DNA from: an uncultured Candidatus Saccharibacteria bacterium
GTDB taxonomy: Bacteria; Patescibacteriota; Minisyncoccia; UBA6257; UBA9933
Length of the DNA: 64,000 nucleotides
Direction of reading: 5' to 3'
Assembly (NCBI GenBank): GCA_964642155.1
Contig: CAZXNT010000001.1
Coordinates: 83-64,082, forward strand
Positions 8,139 through 18,136 of the stretch are shown in pieces. A program made the translations under genes and the position numbers. The notes under the pieces were generated by a model that had not been told where the DNA came from, did not search any database, and worked only from the letters and a program-made list of their open reading frames with translations. Positions within the stretch are counted from its first letter, which is position 1; each line of letters begins with the position of its first letter.

Positions 8139-8972
8139 ATGTTTTTAAAAATCAGAAAGTTCATAACTGAATACACATCCGGTTTGCCTCTTTTTCTATG
8201 GTCGGTCGCCGGAATCGGCATGGCGGCTTTTGCTTTTTTATTCAGAAATAACGAGTATATATATTTTGAAAAACTGAAATACATTTTTTTGATTTCAGCC
8301 ACATGGATAATCTTAAGCGATATTTCAAAAAAAAGAGGATTCCTGAATAAAACTGTCCATTTTATAATTGACAGCGTCGTTTATATTTTTCTCTATACGG
8401 GAATCGTCTATTTCAGCGGAGGAATTGCCGGCGGGCTTAGTTTTGTTTTTTTTCTTGGCGCGGTATCGGCCCCGTTTTTCGGCAATAATCTGCAAACCAC
8501 CGTTTTCTTGATTGCTCTTGGAATAGCCAGATTTTTTATCTATCGTTTTACCGCCACGGAAATAAATTTATACAACGATTTTTTAATATCCCTGGAAGTT
8601 TTGTTTTATTTCATTATGGCCGGAGTCATTAGATTTTCTTTGCTGGAAATAAATAGGGCTGAAACGGAAAAAAGATTGCTGGCAGAAAAATTTGTAAAAG
8701 AATGTGAAGAAGATGTGAGAGTAAAAACAATGAGTCTGAAAGAAACGCAAAAACAATTAAAAAATATGAATACGGAACTTGAAAAAAGAGTTGTTGAGAG
8801 AACGACCGAATTGGAAGGATTAAAAAGTAATTTGGAAAAAATGGTGGAAGGAAGAACAAAAGAGCTTAAAGAAAAAGTAAAAGAATTGGAAAGATTTCAA
8901 GGCCTGATGGTCGGCCGAGAAATGAAAATGATAGAATTAAAAAAAGAAATTGAAAAAATAAAGGCAAAATGA
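8139..8972 (+). CDS. Membrane protein with 5-6 TM sensor-like module and C-terminal coiled coil. N-terminal module is paralogous to the adjacent histidine kinase, but it lacks the kinase domains
   Basis: The TM region aligns with the N-terminus of the 8969..11515 protein (shared FI..YT.G.P..., ILSDI.KK, GG..GGL motifs). The C-terminus is charged coiled coil. Its stop overlaps the next start (ATGA). Confidence 0.55.
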   Translation: MFLKIRKFITEYTSGLPLFLWSVAGIGMAAFAFLFRNNEYIYFEKLKYIFLISATWIILSDISKKRGFLNKTVHFIIDSVVYIFLYTGIVYFSGGIAGGLSFVFFLGAVSAPFFGNNLQTTVFLIALGIARFFIYRFTATEINLYNDFLISLEVLFYFIMAGVIRFSLLEINRAETEKRLLAEKFVKECEEDVRVKTMSLKETQKQLKNMNTELEKRVVERTTELEGLKSNLEKMVEGRTKELKEKVKELERFQGLMVGREMKMIELKKEIEKIKAK

Positions 8973-11515
8973 TAAATTTTATAAAAAAATACACTACCGG
9001 AGTTCCTTTTATGATTTTTTTGGCGTCCGGCGCGCTCATGACCGCTTTTTTTATCATTCTTTACACCTTGAAAGTATATGGTCATATAGACATAGACAGA
9101 CTTATTCATGTTAATTTTGGAAAAATAAAGTATGTTATTATTTTGTCAACGATTTGGTTTATAATAAGCGATATTGCGAAAAAAAAGCAGTTGTTTCCCC
9201 AAATAATCCATTTTATTCTTGATAGCGCGTTCTATCTGACGGCATTCGGGCTTATTATTTATTTTACCAGCGGCCTGCATGGCGGATTATTCCCCATATT
9301 TTATCTTAGCGTCATAGGCACAGCTATGTTCAGCTCTATTGCCGAACTTACGGTTTTTTTAATTGTTTTAAGCGCCGAAACATATGTCATTTATTTTTTA
9401 ACCGAGAAAATTAACGATTTATATCATTTAGGAGTGATAACGGTTTATGTGCTGTTTTATTTTATTGTCGCGGCGACAATAAAATATTTTTACAAAGTTA
9501 TTTTGGAGGATAAGGAAAAATACAAAAAACTGCTTGAATTGACGAAAGAATCTGAAATAAAAGCCAAAATAAACGAAGAAAAATATTCTGAACTTATAGA
9601 AAGCACCCCTCTCTGTATCAAGGTTTTTGACGAAAACAGAAAAATGATTTTTTTGAACAAGGGCGGAAGAGAAGAACATTTTATTAAAGACACTGACGAT
9701 ATAAGCAAATGGGACTGGGTCGGAACGGTTAAAAAAGAATACCAAGCCGAGGCTATAGAAAAATTTAAAAACGCGTTTACGAAAGGAGAAAGTGGCACCT
9801 TAGAGTTTGAACACACGCCGGAGGGCTCCACACACGAGTGGTGTTCAAGCTTAATTTCTCCGATTAAGGATAAAGACGGCAAAGTGAAATCCGTTTTATT
9901 TTTGTCCAGCGATATCACCGCCCTAAAAAGAGCAGAGTTGGAAGCGAAACAAAATGAACAAATGTTTAAGACTCTTTTGGACGCCACCCCTCTCTGCATC
10001 AAATGGTTTGACAAAAACGGAAACTTAATATCAATAAACAAAGACGGCCGGGAAGAGCATTTTTTGGAAAAATTAAACGATGAAGAAATAAAAAAATGGG
10101 ATTATATGAGCTGTATTGACGCGGATTATCGCGACAAAGTTAAAGAAAAATTTGAAGCGGCGCTAAAAGGAATCAAAGAGAATATTTTAATGAAGCACAT
10201 TCCCGGAACGTCAAAAAGCACATGGTGCCAGAGCGAATTTATTCCGGTAAAAAATGAAAGGGGAGGGGTTGATTATATGTTATTCTTGTCCAAAGACGTT
10301 ACTCAAGAAAAATTAATAGAAGAAAAAAGAAAGAAAAGCCAAGAAAGAATGGAGGAGACAAAAATAGCTCTCTTTAACATCCTCGAAGACGTAAAAGAAT
10401 CTGAAAAAAATCTCAAAGAAGAGCGCGATAAATCACAAGCCATTATTTCATCAATCGGCGAAGGGTTATTGGTTATCAACACCAGATACGAAATTATTTT
10501 AATAAATAAAAAAGCCGAGGAACTGTTGGAAATAAAATCCGCGGAAGCTCTTAATAAAGACATCAGAAAAATTTTCACGATTTTTAAAAAAGACCAAGAG
10601 TTGGCATCGGAAGAATATCCAATAACAAAAACATTTAAGGATGAAGAAACAATCATGGTGAGGATTGAAGATGATTTTTATTACAAAAATTTATCAGGTA
10701 AAAAATATCCGATTGAAATGGTAATTACGCCGCTAAGAGGCAATGGCATTACAGCGGCAATAATTGTTTTCCAGGATATAAGCAGGGAAAAAGACCTTGA
10801 TGAAGCGAAAAGTAGTTTTATTTCAATCGCTTCGCACCAGTTAAGAACCCCCCTTACGTCAATACGCTGGTACACAGAAATGTTAAATTCTGAAGATGTC
10901 GGACCATTAAATGAAAATCAAAAAAGTTTTGTAAGCAGAGTTTACGGAAGCGCTTTAAAATTAAATGAGGTTATTAATTTACTTTTGTCTTTAGCAAGAA
11001 TTGAAAGCGGAAAAACAGGAAAAGAAATCAATAAAATAGAACTTATTGCTTTCACTAATGACATACTTAAAGAACTTGAGTCGCAGTTTAAACAAAAAAA
11101 CATTGATGTCAAACTTATTCCTCCGATAGAGATAATGGCGGATATAAATTATGACGTCTCAATGTTGCGGCAAATAGTGACAAATTTGCTTTCCAATAGT
11201 ATCCGCTACACTAATAACAACGGCAAAATAGAAATTAAAATAGAAAAAGATAAAGATAAAATAATTTATTCCGTCAAAGACGACGGTATCGGCATCCCCG
11301 CTAACCAACAAGATAAAATTTTCCAAAAATTTTATAGGGCGGATAACGCTTCCACCGCCGTGCCGGACGGCTCAGGGTTAGGCCTTTCGTTGGTTAAAGC
11401 GCTTATTGAAATGAATAAAGGGAGCGTTTGGTTTAAATCGCCGACTGTCTGGACCGACGAATCGGGCAAAGAAGAAAGCAAGGGGACAACCTTCTATTTT
11501 ACCTTGCCAATATAA
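8969..11515 (+). CDS. Sensor histidine kinase: N-terminal multi-TM sensor module, several PAS domains, HisKA and HATPase_c
   Basis: PAS-like repeats (TPLCIK.FD...DGREEHF twice). HisKA H-box SIASHQLRTPLTSIRWYTEML. HATPase N/G boxes (RYTNNNGKIEIK, DDGIGIP, GSGLGLSLVK). Confidence 0.85.
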   Translation: MINFIKKYTTGVPFMIFLASGALMTAFFIILYTLKVYGHIDIDRLIHVNFGKIKYVIILSTIWFIISDIAKKKQLFPQIIHFILDSAFYLTAFGLIIYFTSGLHGGLFPIFYLSVIGTAMFSSIAELTVFLIVLSAETYVIYFLTEKINDLYHLGVITVYVLFYFIVAATIKYFYKVILEDKEKYKKLLELTKESEIKAKINEEKYSELIESTPLCIKVFDENRKMIFLNKGGREEHFIKDTDDISKWDWVGTVKKEYQAEAIEKFKNAFTKGESGTLEFEHTPEGSTHEWCSSLISPIKDKDGKVKSVLFLSSDITALKRAELEAKQNEQMFKTLLDATPLCIKWFDKNGNLISINKDGREEHFLEKLNDEEIKKWDYMSCIDADYRDKVKEKFEAALKGIKENILMKHIPGTSKSTWCQSEFIPVKNERGGVDYMLFLSKDVTQEKLIEEKRKKSQERMEETKIALFNILEDVKESEKNLKEERDKSQAIISSIGEGLLVINTRYEIILINKKAEELLEIKSAEALNKDIRKIFTIFKKDQELASEEYPITKTFKDEETIMVRIEDDFYYKNLSGKKYPIEMVITPLRGNGITAAIIVFQDISREKDLDEAKSSFISIASHQLRTPLTSIRWYTEMLNSEDVGPLNENQKSFVSRVYGSALKLNEVINLLLSLARIESGKTGKEINKIELIAFTNDILKELESQFKQKNIDVKLIPPIEIMADINYDVSMLRQIVTNLLSNSIRYTNNNGKIEIKIEKDKDKIIYSVKDDGIGIPANQQDKIFQKFYRADNASTAVPDGSGLGLSLVKALIEMNKGSVWFKSPTVWTDESGKEESKGTTFYFTLPI

Positions 11516-11532
11516 AATGCTATAATTAAAAA

Positions 11533-11907
11533 ATGGAAATTAACAAGAGAATTTTAATAGTGGAAGATGATTTGCCGACAATCGAGGCACTGGCTTTTAA
11601 ATTAAGCCAAAGAGGCATTATCGTCGGCACCGCTTTGGACGGCGAAGAAGCTATAAAAAGGATTAAAAGGGAAAAATATGATTTGATTCTGCTTGATTTG
11701 CTTCTGCCGAAAAAAAGCGGCTTTGAAGTATTGCAAGAATTAAAAAATGACGGCCAATCAAAAAACGCCAAAGTAATCGTTCTTTCCAACATGGGGCAAG
11801 AAGATAATGTTAGAAAAGCAATGGAGCTCGGCGCCAGCGATTACATAGTTAAATCGGACATCAATATCAATAAACTGACAGAAAGAATTATTCGCGAATT
11901 GCAATGA
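11533..11907 (+). CDS. Stand-alone response-regulator receiver (CheY-like)
   Basis: ILIVEDD...DLILLDLLLPKKSGFEV...VIVLSNMGQ; 124 aa and no output domain. Confidence 0.85.
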   Translation: MEINKRILIVEDDLPTIEALAFKLSQRGIIVGTALDGEEAIKRIKREKYDLILLDLLLPKKSGFEVLQELKNDGQSKNAKVIVLSNMGQEDNVRKAMELGASDYIVKSDININKLTERIIRELQ

Positions 11908-13169
11908 CTTTAAAAACGCGCCGAATTATATTTTACGGACTTTTTTTTGTTTTTTTCCCCATAAGCATCGGGGTAATTTTTTATTCCCAGGGATGGCGAT
12001 TTGACTTTGAAAATTTCGGAATAAAAAAAACCGGCGCCGCATACATTGAAACAACACCTAAAAACGTTGTTATAAAATTAAACAATAAAATAATTCCCGA
12101 CCAATCAGGACTTATTAGAAGCGGCACGCTTATCCCCGATCTTCTGCCAAAAAATTATAAAATAGAAATTCAAAAAAACGGCTATTGGACATATCTCAAA
12201 AATATTAAAGTTGAGCCGTCAATGGTTTCCGAATTAATTGACACGATTTTAATTCCGCAAAAATTTGAAAAAATAACGGCAATTGAAAAAATAAAAGGCG
12301 GCGAAATTATTACTTTAAGCGCCAAAAAAATTATCGTTAAAAATCCGCAAAATAAAATATATTATCTTTATAAATTTAATGAACCGGCTACGGCGCTTAA
12401 TATCAACGCCTCTTTTAATAATTCGCTTAAAAAATCGGAAGTGATTGAAAATGTCGCGCTTCATCCGTTTAATGACGACCGCTTGCTTATAAAAAGCGTA
12501 AACGGGCTTTATATTTTTGACACGAGGAAACTTCAAATTGAAATTGTTTTCCAAAACGAAAAAAACAATAAAATCTTAGCGTGGTTCGCCAATAATTCAA
12601 GCATTTATATCGTGAAGTCAAAAATTCCAGCTGTTTATTCATATAATTTAATAACCAAAACTGAAAATGAACTGGCCGAATTGCCTGAAAATTTACCCGT
12701 GATTATTAAAACGGAGACTTCCGATTCCGGTTCTGAAATCGGCTTCCTGGGGAAATCCGGTGCCTTATCAATATTTAACATAAAAGACAAGAAATTCCGG
12801 CAAATAGCGGATAACGCGAAAAAATTTTCTTTTTCGCCGGATAGTAAAAAATTGTTTTTTATCGGCAATAACGGAAAAATAAGCGTTTATTTCATTGAAG
12901 AGTGGTATAAAAATGCTAAAAAGAAAACGGGGGATGTTGTAAATTTCAGTTTAAAAAATGAGGGATTGATTAAAAACGCTTATTGGTATAAAGATTCTTA
13001 TCATTTATTCATTAAATACGACGATAAGGTTGATTTTATGGAAATAGACGACCGCCCGCCGTTAAACCAATATCCTATTATCGCCGAATCGGAAAGCGAT
13101 TATTACAACACCAACGAAAATCTTTTATATTTTATTCAAAACAAAACTCTTTATTCCGTAAAAATATAA
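11904..13169 (+). CDS. Membrane-anchored protein with PEGA-like domain and TolB-like beta-propeller repeats
   Basis: N-terminal TM helix; PEGA-like IPDLLPKNYKIEIQKNGYWTY; repeats of the SPDSKKLFF type. Confidence 0.4.
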   Translation: MTLKTRRIIFYGLFFVFFPISIGVIFYSQGWRFDFENFGIKKTGAAYIETTPKNVVIKLNNKIIPDQSGLIRSGTLIPDLLPKNYKIEIQKNGYWTYLKNIKVEPSMVSELIDTILIPQKFEKITAIEKIKGGEIITLSAKKIIVKNPQNKIYYLYKFNEPATALNINASFNNSLKKSEVIENVALHPFNDDRLLIKSVNGLYIFDTRKLQIEIVFQNEKNNKILAWFANNSSIYIVKSKIPAVYSYNLITKTENELAELPENLPVIIKTETSDSGSEIGFLGKSGALSIFNIKDKKFRQIADNAKKFSFSPDSKKLFFIGNNGKISVYFIEEWYKNAKKKTGDVVNFSLKNEGLIKNAYWYKDSYHLFIKYDDKVDFMEIDDRPPLNQYPIIAESESDYYNTNENLLYFIQNKTLYSVKI

Positions 13170-13172
13170 ACT

Positions 13173-14306
13173 TTATATATCCCCTTTTCTTATTTTTTGC
13201 CTGATTTTTTCAACCAGCGAATTAAAAAAATAAAGATTATGGAAAGTCAAAAGCCGCAAAGCGGTAATTTCTTTAGCTTTTAAAAGATGAGTAATATAGT
13301 TTCTGCCATAATTTCGGCAAACATCACAGCCACATTTTTTATCCAAAGGATTCTTATCTTTTAGAAAAGCCGACTTATTCATATCCAATCTGCCCTTATC
13401 AATAAAAGCGATTCCGTGTCTGGCGTAATGAGTAGGCATAACGCAATCAAAAGTGTCTATACCTGATTTAATGATTTTTAAAATATCTTCCGGATGGCCT
13501 ATGCCCAAAAGATGGCGCGGTTTATTTTCCGGCAATTCTTTAATCACCCGATTAATCATCTTAATCATTAAATTTTTGCTGTCGCCGAATTCTCCGCCAA
13601 TGCCAAAGCCGTCAAACGGCAAATCGGCGATAAATTTCGCGCTTTCTGTTCTTAAATCCTTAAATTTTCCACCCTGAATAATTCCGAAAATGGCTTGCCG
13701 TGATTTTTTAATTTTTAAACATTCTATCGCCCACCTATGCGTTTTTTCCAAAGATTTTTTTGTATATTCATAATTTGCGTTCGGCGGAGTGCATTCGTCA
13801 AAAACAAAAATGATATCCGCGCCAAGCGCTTCTTGAATTTTTATTGATTCTTTCGGCCCGATAAATAATTTCTCGCCGTTAATCGGCGAACGAAACCAAA
13901 CTCCATTATCGGTAATTTTTATATTTTGAGGCTGCTGACCCAATAATACTTTTATCAACTCGTTTGTTTTTGATATCTTCCCGACTCCCAAATCTTTTCC
14001 AAACCCCAAACTGAAAACCTGAAAACCGCCCGAATCCGTCATTAAGGGCCTATTCCAATTCATAAATTTATGCAAACCTCCGGCTGATTTTACTAATTTT
14101 TCTCCTGGCTTTAAATGGAGATGAAAAGTATTGGAAATTAAAATCTGGCACTTAGCGGCTTTGGCTTCCTCGCTGGTTAAAGTTTTAACAACCGCTTGTG
14201 TGGCAACCGGGACAAAAAACGGCGTTTCAATTTCGCCGTGGGAAGTTTTCAAAATCCCCAATCGCGCCTTACTGCACTTCGATTTTTTTAAAATTTTAAA
14301 CTCCAT
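13173..14306 (-). CDS. tgt: Queuine tRNA-ribosyltransferase
   Basis: 377 aa. TIM-barrel Tgt motifs and C-terminal Zn site CGCDVCRNY...H. Confidence 0.9.
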   Translation of the reverse strand: MEFKILKKSKCSKARLGILKTSHGEIETPFFVPVATQAVVKTLTSEEAKAAKCQILISNTFHLHLKPGEKLVKSAGGLHKFMNWNRPLMTDSGGFQVFSLGFGKDLGVGKISKTNELIKVLLGQQPQNIKITDNGVWFRSPINGEKLFIGPKESIKIQEALGADIIFVFDECTPPNANYEYTKKSLEKTHRWAIECLKIKKSRQAIFGIIQGGKFKDLRTESAKFIADLPFDGFGIGGEFGDSKNLMIKMINRVIKELPENKPRHLLGIGHPEDILKIIKSGIDTFDCVMPTHYARHGIAFIDKGRLDMNKSAFLKDKNPLDKKCGCDVCRNYGRNYITHLLKAKEITALRLLTFHNLYFFNSLVEKIRQKIRKGDI

Positions 14307-14458
14307 CCCTCACCCTTCAAAGATCTATTTTATTCTTGCTATCTTATGGGATAGCAAGAATAAAATAAAATTCTTTAAATTATTATTTTTATTAAAATTC
14401 TATTATTTTACTCTTTAATCCTTCATCCTTTAATTTTTCAATCTTTGAAGGGTGAGGG
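14307..14458. mobile_element. MITE-like palindromic element (family A), copy 2
   Basis: Same termini as copy 1 (CCCTCACCCTTCAAAGATC ... ATCTTTGAAGGGTGAGGG). Inserted exactly between the tgt ATG (14306) and the stop of the histidine kinase (14460). Confidence 0.65.
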
Positions 14459-14459
14459 A

Positions 14460-15785
14460 TTATTCTTCCCCGTAAATAATTTCTTTCGGCGGAATCAATT
14501 TCGGGTCAGTCGGTAAAGTGAAATAAAAAATGCTACCGCGATTCAATTCCGACTCAACCCAAATTTTTCCGCCGTGCCTCCTAATAATATTTTGAGCGAT
14601 GTAAAGCCCAAGTCCGGAAGCCGTAGGAATCGTTTTAATGGCGTTATTCCCCCGAAAAAACTTGGTAAATAATTTATCAATATCTTCCTTGGAAATTCCC
14701 ATACCCGTATCTTTAATGGTGAATTGAATATAGGGCTTATCCGCAAATTTTTCAATAATTAAAATAATCTCTCCGTTTTTAACGTTATATTTAACGGCGT
14801 TGTCCAAAATATTCAATAACACAGTGCTTAATCTTTGAGAATCGACGTTAATTTCTATCGGCTCATCCGGTTTTTGAAAAATAAGTTTAAGTCCGAGTCC
14901 GACGCACACTTCCTTGGTTTTAGAAACTATTTTTTCAACCAATTCAATAATGTTTAATTTTTCAAAATTATAGCCAAAACGCCCTTCTTCTATCTGAAAA
15001 ACATCAAATAAATCATTAACGACTTTAAGCATATAAGAAGAAGCTTCCAACCCGACACCGACCATTTTTTTCTGCTCATCAGATAAAGAATCTTTTGCTA
15101 AATTTTCCAAAACCCAATTGATGCCTGTGAGAGGTGTTCTTAATTGATGGGTGGCAACGCCGATAAATTCGCTTTTTGAACGCAACACTTCAACTTCGCG
15201 CGTGCGGTCCCTGATTATTTTTACGAACCCCAAAAGGTTACCGGCTGGGTCAATGATTTTATTGGTAATCACTCGAAATTCCATTATTGGCTCTTTAAAA
15301 GAAATATCAATCACCTGCGGATAAGCGCCCGCTTCTGAACGTTTTGTTATTGACGGCGCTAAAGAAGGAAAAAGAATTTGGCTTAAAAGTTTGAATTGTA
15401 GCTCTTTTATCTGTTCCGGGGCAAAGCTGATATTAATAACGTTCTCATGCTTTAAATTAAAAATCTGCTCCGCGGCTTGATTAAAAATCAAAATTTTAAA
15501 ATCAGAATCATAAGCGATAACGCCGTCACGAAGAGTTGTGATAACGCTCGTCAATTCATTCCGTTCAATTTTTATTTCTAAATTTGACCTTGCCAGCCGA
15601 AGATTATTAACTAAAATTATTGCCACTAAAACAATAAAAAATCCGGCGGAAAACCAAAGCGCCAAAATCGGTAAATAAAAAATTTCAATCGCAAAAATAA
15701 CAAAAACTAACGGCAAGAAATACCAAAAAAGCCGCATCTCCGGAAGTTTGGCGTATAAAACAAGTTTTTGAAAAAAAATATTCAT
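14460..15785 (-). CDS. Sensor histidine kinase (2 TM, PAS, HisKA, HATPase_c)
   Basis: H-box VATHQLRTPLTGINWVLENL; N/G boxes NAVKYNVKNGEI, DTGMGIS, ASGLGLYIAQ. Confidence 0.85.
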   Translation of the reverse strand: MNIFFQKLVLYAKLPEMRLFWYFLPLVFVIFAIEIFYLPILALWFSAGFFIVLVAIILVNNLRLARSNLEIKIERNELTSVITTLRDGVIAYDSDFKILIFNQAAEQIFNLKHENVINISFAPEQIKELQFKLLSQILFPSLAPSITKRSEAGAYPQVIDISFKEPIMEFRVITNKIIDPAGNLLGFVKIIRDRTREVEVLRSKSEFIGVATHQLRTPLTGINWVLENLAKDSLSDEQKKMVGVGLEASSYMLKVVNDLFDVFQIEEGRFGYNFEKLNIIELVEKIVSKTKEVCVGLGLKLIFQKPDEPIEINVDSQRLSTVLLNILDNAVKYNVKNGEIILIIEKFADKPYIQFTIKDTGMGISKEDIDKLFTKFFRGNNAIKTIPTASGLGLYIAQNIIRRHGGKIWVESELNRGSIFYFTLPTDPKLIPPKEIIYGEE

Positions 15786-15786
15786 T

Positions 15787-17127
15787 TTATTCGCGGTTAT
15801 TTTTTAATGTTGACAACAAAATATCAATTCTATGCATATCCCTCGGGAAAAGCGTTGCTTCGCGGATATTATCCAAATTAAGCAATTTTTGCGTCAATCG
15901 CTCCAAGCCGATTGCCAATCCGCCCTCCGGCGGCATTCCGTATTTAAAAGCCTGTAAATAAAAACCGAAATGTTCGGGATTTAATCCCCATTTCTTAATA
16001 TTATCAACAAGTATTTGGTAATCGTGAACGCGTTGACCGCCGGTAGTTATTTCAATCCCCCTGAACAAAAGATCAAAGCTTCTGGTAAAATCCGGATTTG
16101 CCGAATCGGGAAAAGTATAAAAAGGTCGCTTTTCGGTCGGGTAATGAGTAATAAAAATAAAATCAGAATCAAAATTCTCTTTTGCGTACTGGCAAATCAT
16201 CCGTTCGCCTTGCGGGTCCAAATCGGGTTCTTTTAAACAATCCAAAGAATATTTTTCGCTTAAAATTTTCTGCGCATCTTTTAATTTTAAAGACGGAATC
16301 GCTTCGGGAATTTCAGGCAATTGAACTTTAAAAAATTCAAATTCTTTGGCGCAATTTTTTGCCAAGTGATTGATAATATAAATAAGCAATTCGTTTTCAA
16401 GCGCCATTATATCCGTATGGTCATTAATAAAGCCGAATTCCAAATCCAAGCTCGTATATTCATTTAAATGCCTAGTGGTGCTATGTTCTTCGGCGCGATA
16501 AACATTGCCGATTGTAAAAACCCGCTCAAAAACGCCAACCATAATTTGCTTATAAAATTGAGGGCTTTGGGCGAGATAAGCCTTATTGTCAAAATAATCA
16601 ATTTTAAAAACATTAGCCCCTCCCTCAGTGGCCTGAGCGACAATCTTAGGAACCTGTACTTCTATAAAATCTTTGCTTATCAAAAAATCCCTGAAAGCGC
16701 GGACAATTTCTGCTTGAATTTTAAAAATGTTCCTATTTTTTTCAGTTCGTAAAACGAACGGCTGCCAATCAAGGCAAGTTTCCAAAGAAATATCGCTTGC
16801 CGGGTCAAAAGGAATTTCTTCGGCGCGACTTAATATGGTTAATTCATCAACCACCACTTCAAATTCACCCGTTTCAATTTTGGGATTTTCCATCCCCTTC
16901 GGTCGGCGACTCACCTTACCGACTAATCTTATAACCCATTCCGAACGCAATTCTTTAGCAGTTTCGTAAGCCGCGCTGGACGGCAAAAAAACAACCTGAC
17001 ACATGCCGCTCCTGTCCCGTAAATCAATAAAAATCAGTTTGCCATGGTCGCGCCTTACATTAACCCATCCCTTTAATTCAACCAATTCACTTTCTTTATT
17101 TACAATTTCTTTAATTAAAATCCTCAT
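15787..17127 (-). CDS. aspS: Aspartate--tRNA ligase, archaeal/AsnRS-like class IIb type (probably non-discriminating)
   Basis: 446 aa. N-terminal OB fold. QSPQFYKQ...FRAEEHSTTRHLNE (archaeal AspRS signature). Motif 3 GGLAIGLERL. Confidence 0.75.
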   Translation of the reverse strand: MRILIKEIVNKESELVELKGWVNVRRDHGKLIFIDLRDRSGMCQVVFLPSSAAYETAKELRSEWVIRLVGKVSRRPKGMENPKIETGEFEVVVDELTILSRAEEIPFDPASDISLETCLDWQPFVLRTEKNRNIFKIQAEIVRAFRDFLISKDFIEVQVPKIVAQATEGGANVFKIDYFDNKAYLAQSPQFYKQIMVGVFERVFTIGNVYRAEEHSTTRHLNEYTSLDLEFGFINDHTDIMALENELLIYIINHLAKNCAKEFEFFKVQLPEIPEAIPSLKLKDAQKILSEKYSLDCLKEPDLDPQGERMICQYAKENFDSDFIFITHYPTEKRPFYTFPDSANPDFTRSFDLLFRGIEITTGGQRVHDYQILVDNIKKWGLNPEHFGFYLQAFKYGMPPEGGLAIGLERLTQKLLNLDNIREATLFPRDMHRIDILLSTLKNNRE

Positions 17128-17254
17128 TGTTAAATAAGTTTACCCCGTTAGAAATAAAACGTAAACATTATTATTTCTTTATAGAAAAACAATTATGATT
17201 ATTATAATACATAAATATAAAAAAAACAGCGTTAGTGATTTCTAACGGGGCTTA

Positions 17255-18136
17255 TCACCTTTTCTTGAAAATGTTAATTTCATTTCCGCTAATCGTTAAT
17301 TTTACAGCTCCGTTTTGGTCAGTACGGAAAATTTGGGAACCGACTGCCGCCAATCTATCCAAAACTTCTTTTGTGGGATGGCCATAAGAATTTTTTCCCA
17401 CTTCAATGACCGATATTTTTGGATTAACCGCTTTTAAAAAATAATCGCTTGAAGAATATTTTGAGCCGTGATGACCAACTTTTAAAATATTTGCCTTAAT
17501 ATCAAAATTATTAATCAGATATTTTTCGTTTTTCTCTCCTATATCGCCCGTGAATAAAATATTTATTTGCGCTTGCCTGTCGTTATTAACAAATTTTATC
17601 GCCAATGACGTATCATTCAATTCTTTGCTCCGTAAGAAATCCGCGTTCGGCAAAAGAATTTCAAAAAAATCGTCCTGATTTTTTATTTTATCTCCTTGCG
17701 CCAAAACAAAAACCGGTATTTTATTTTCTTCAACGATTTTCGCCAATTCTTTCCATGATTGCGCCGTGCCGGCGCGGCCGTTGTAAATAAAAGCGCCAAT
17801 TTGATAACGTTTTAAAACGTCAATAAAGCCGTTAAAATGATCTGTTTCCGAATGAGAAAGGATAAGTAAATCAATATAGCGGTCGGTTGGCCGCAAAACT
17901 GATTCCAATTCATTAACAACCTTACTATTCGGGCCGGCATCAATTAAAACTTTAATTCCGCCGGGCAAAATCACCAACTCACTGTCCCCTTGCCCGACAT
18001 CCAAAAAATAAATTTCCGTATCGCTATTTGGTTTGTTAAGAATTATTGATTTCCAGACAATAAAATCAAAAACCGCCAAAAAAATCAAAAAAAGAATAAG
18101 ATGGTTGCGATTAAGCATTTGATAATCTCGCGACAA
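17255..18136 (-). CDS. ComEC/Rec2-related metallo-beta-lactamase-fold protein with N-terminal TM anchor
   Basis: LDVGQGDSELVILPGG...IDAG and LSHSETDH (HxHxDH) match the ComEC C-terminal MBL domain. Confidence 0.65.
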   Translation of the reverse strand: MSRDYQMLNRNHLILFLIFLAVFDFIVWKSIILNKPNSDTEIYFLDVGQGDSELVILPGGIKVLIDAGPNSKVVNELESVLRPTDRYIDLLILSHSETDHFNGFIDVLKRYQIGAFIYNGRAGTAQSWKELAKIVEENKIPVFVLAQGDKIKNQDDFFEILLPNADFLRSKELNDTSLAIKFVNNDRQAQINILFTGDIGEKNEKYLINNFDIKANILKVGHHGSKYSSSDYFLKAVNPKISVIEVGKNSYGHPTKEVLDRLAAVGSQIFRTDQNGAVKLTISGNEINIFKKR

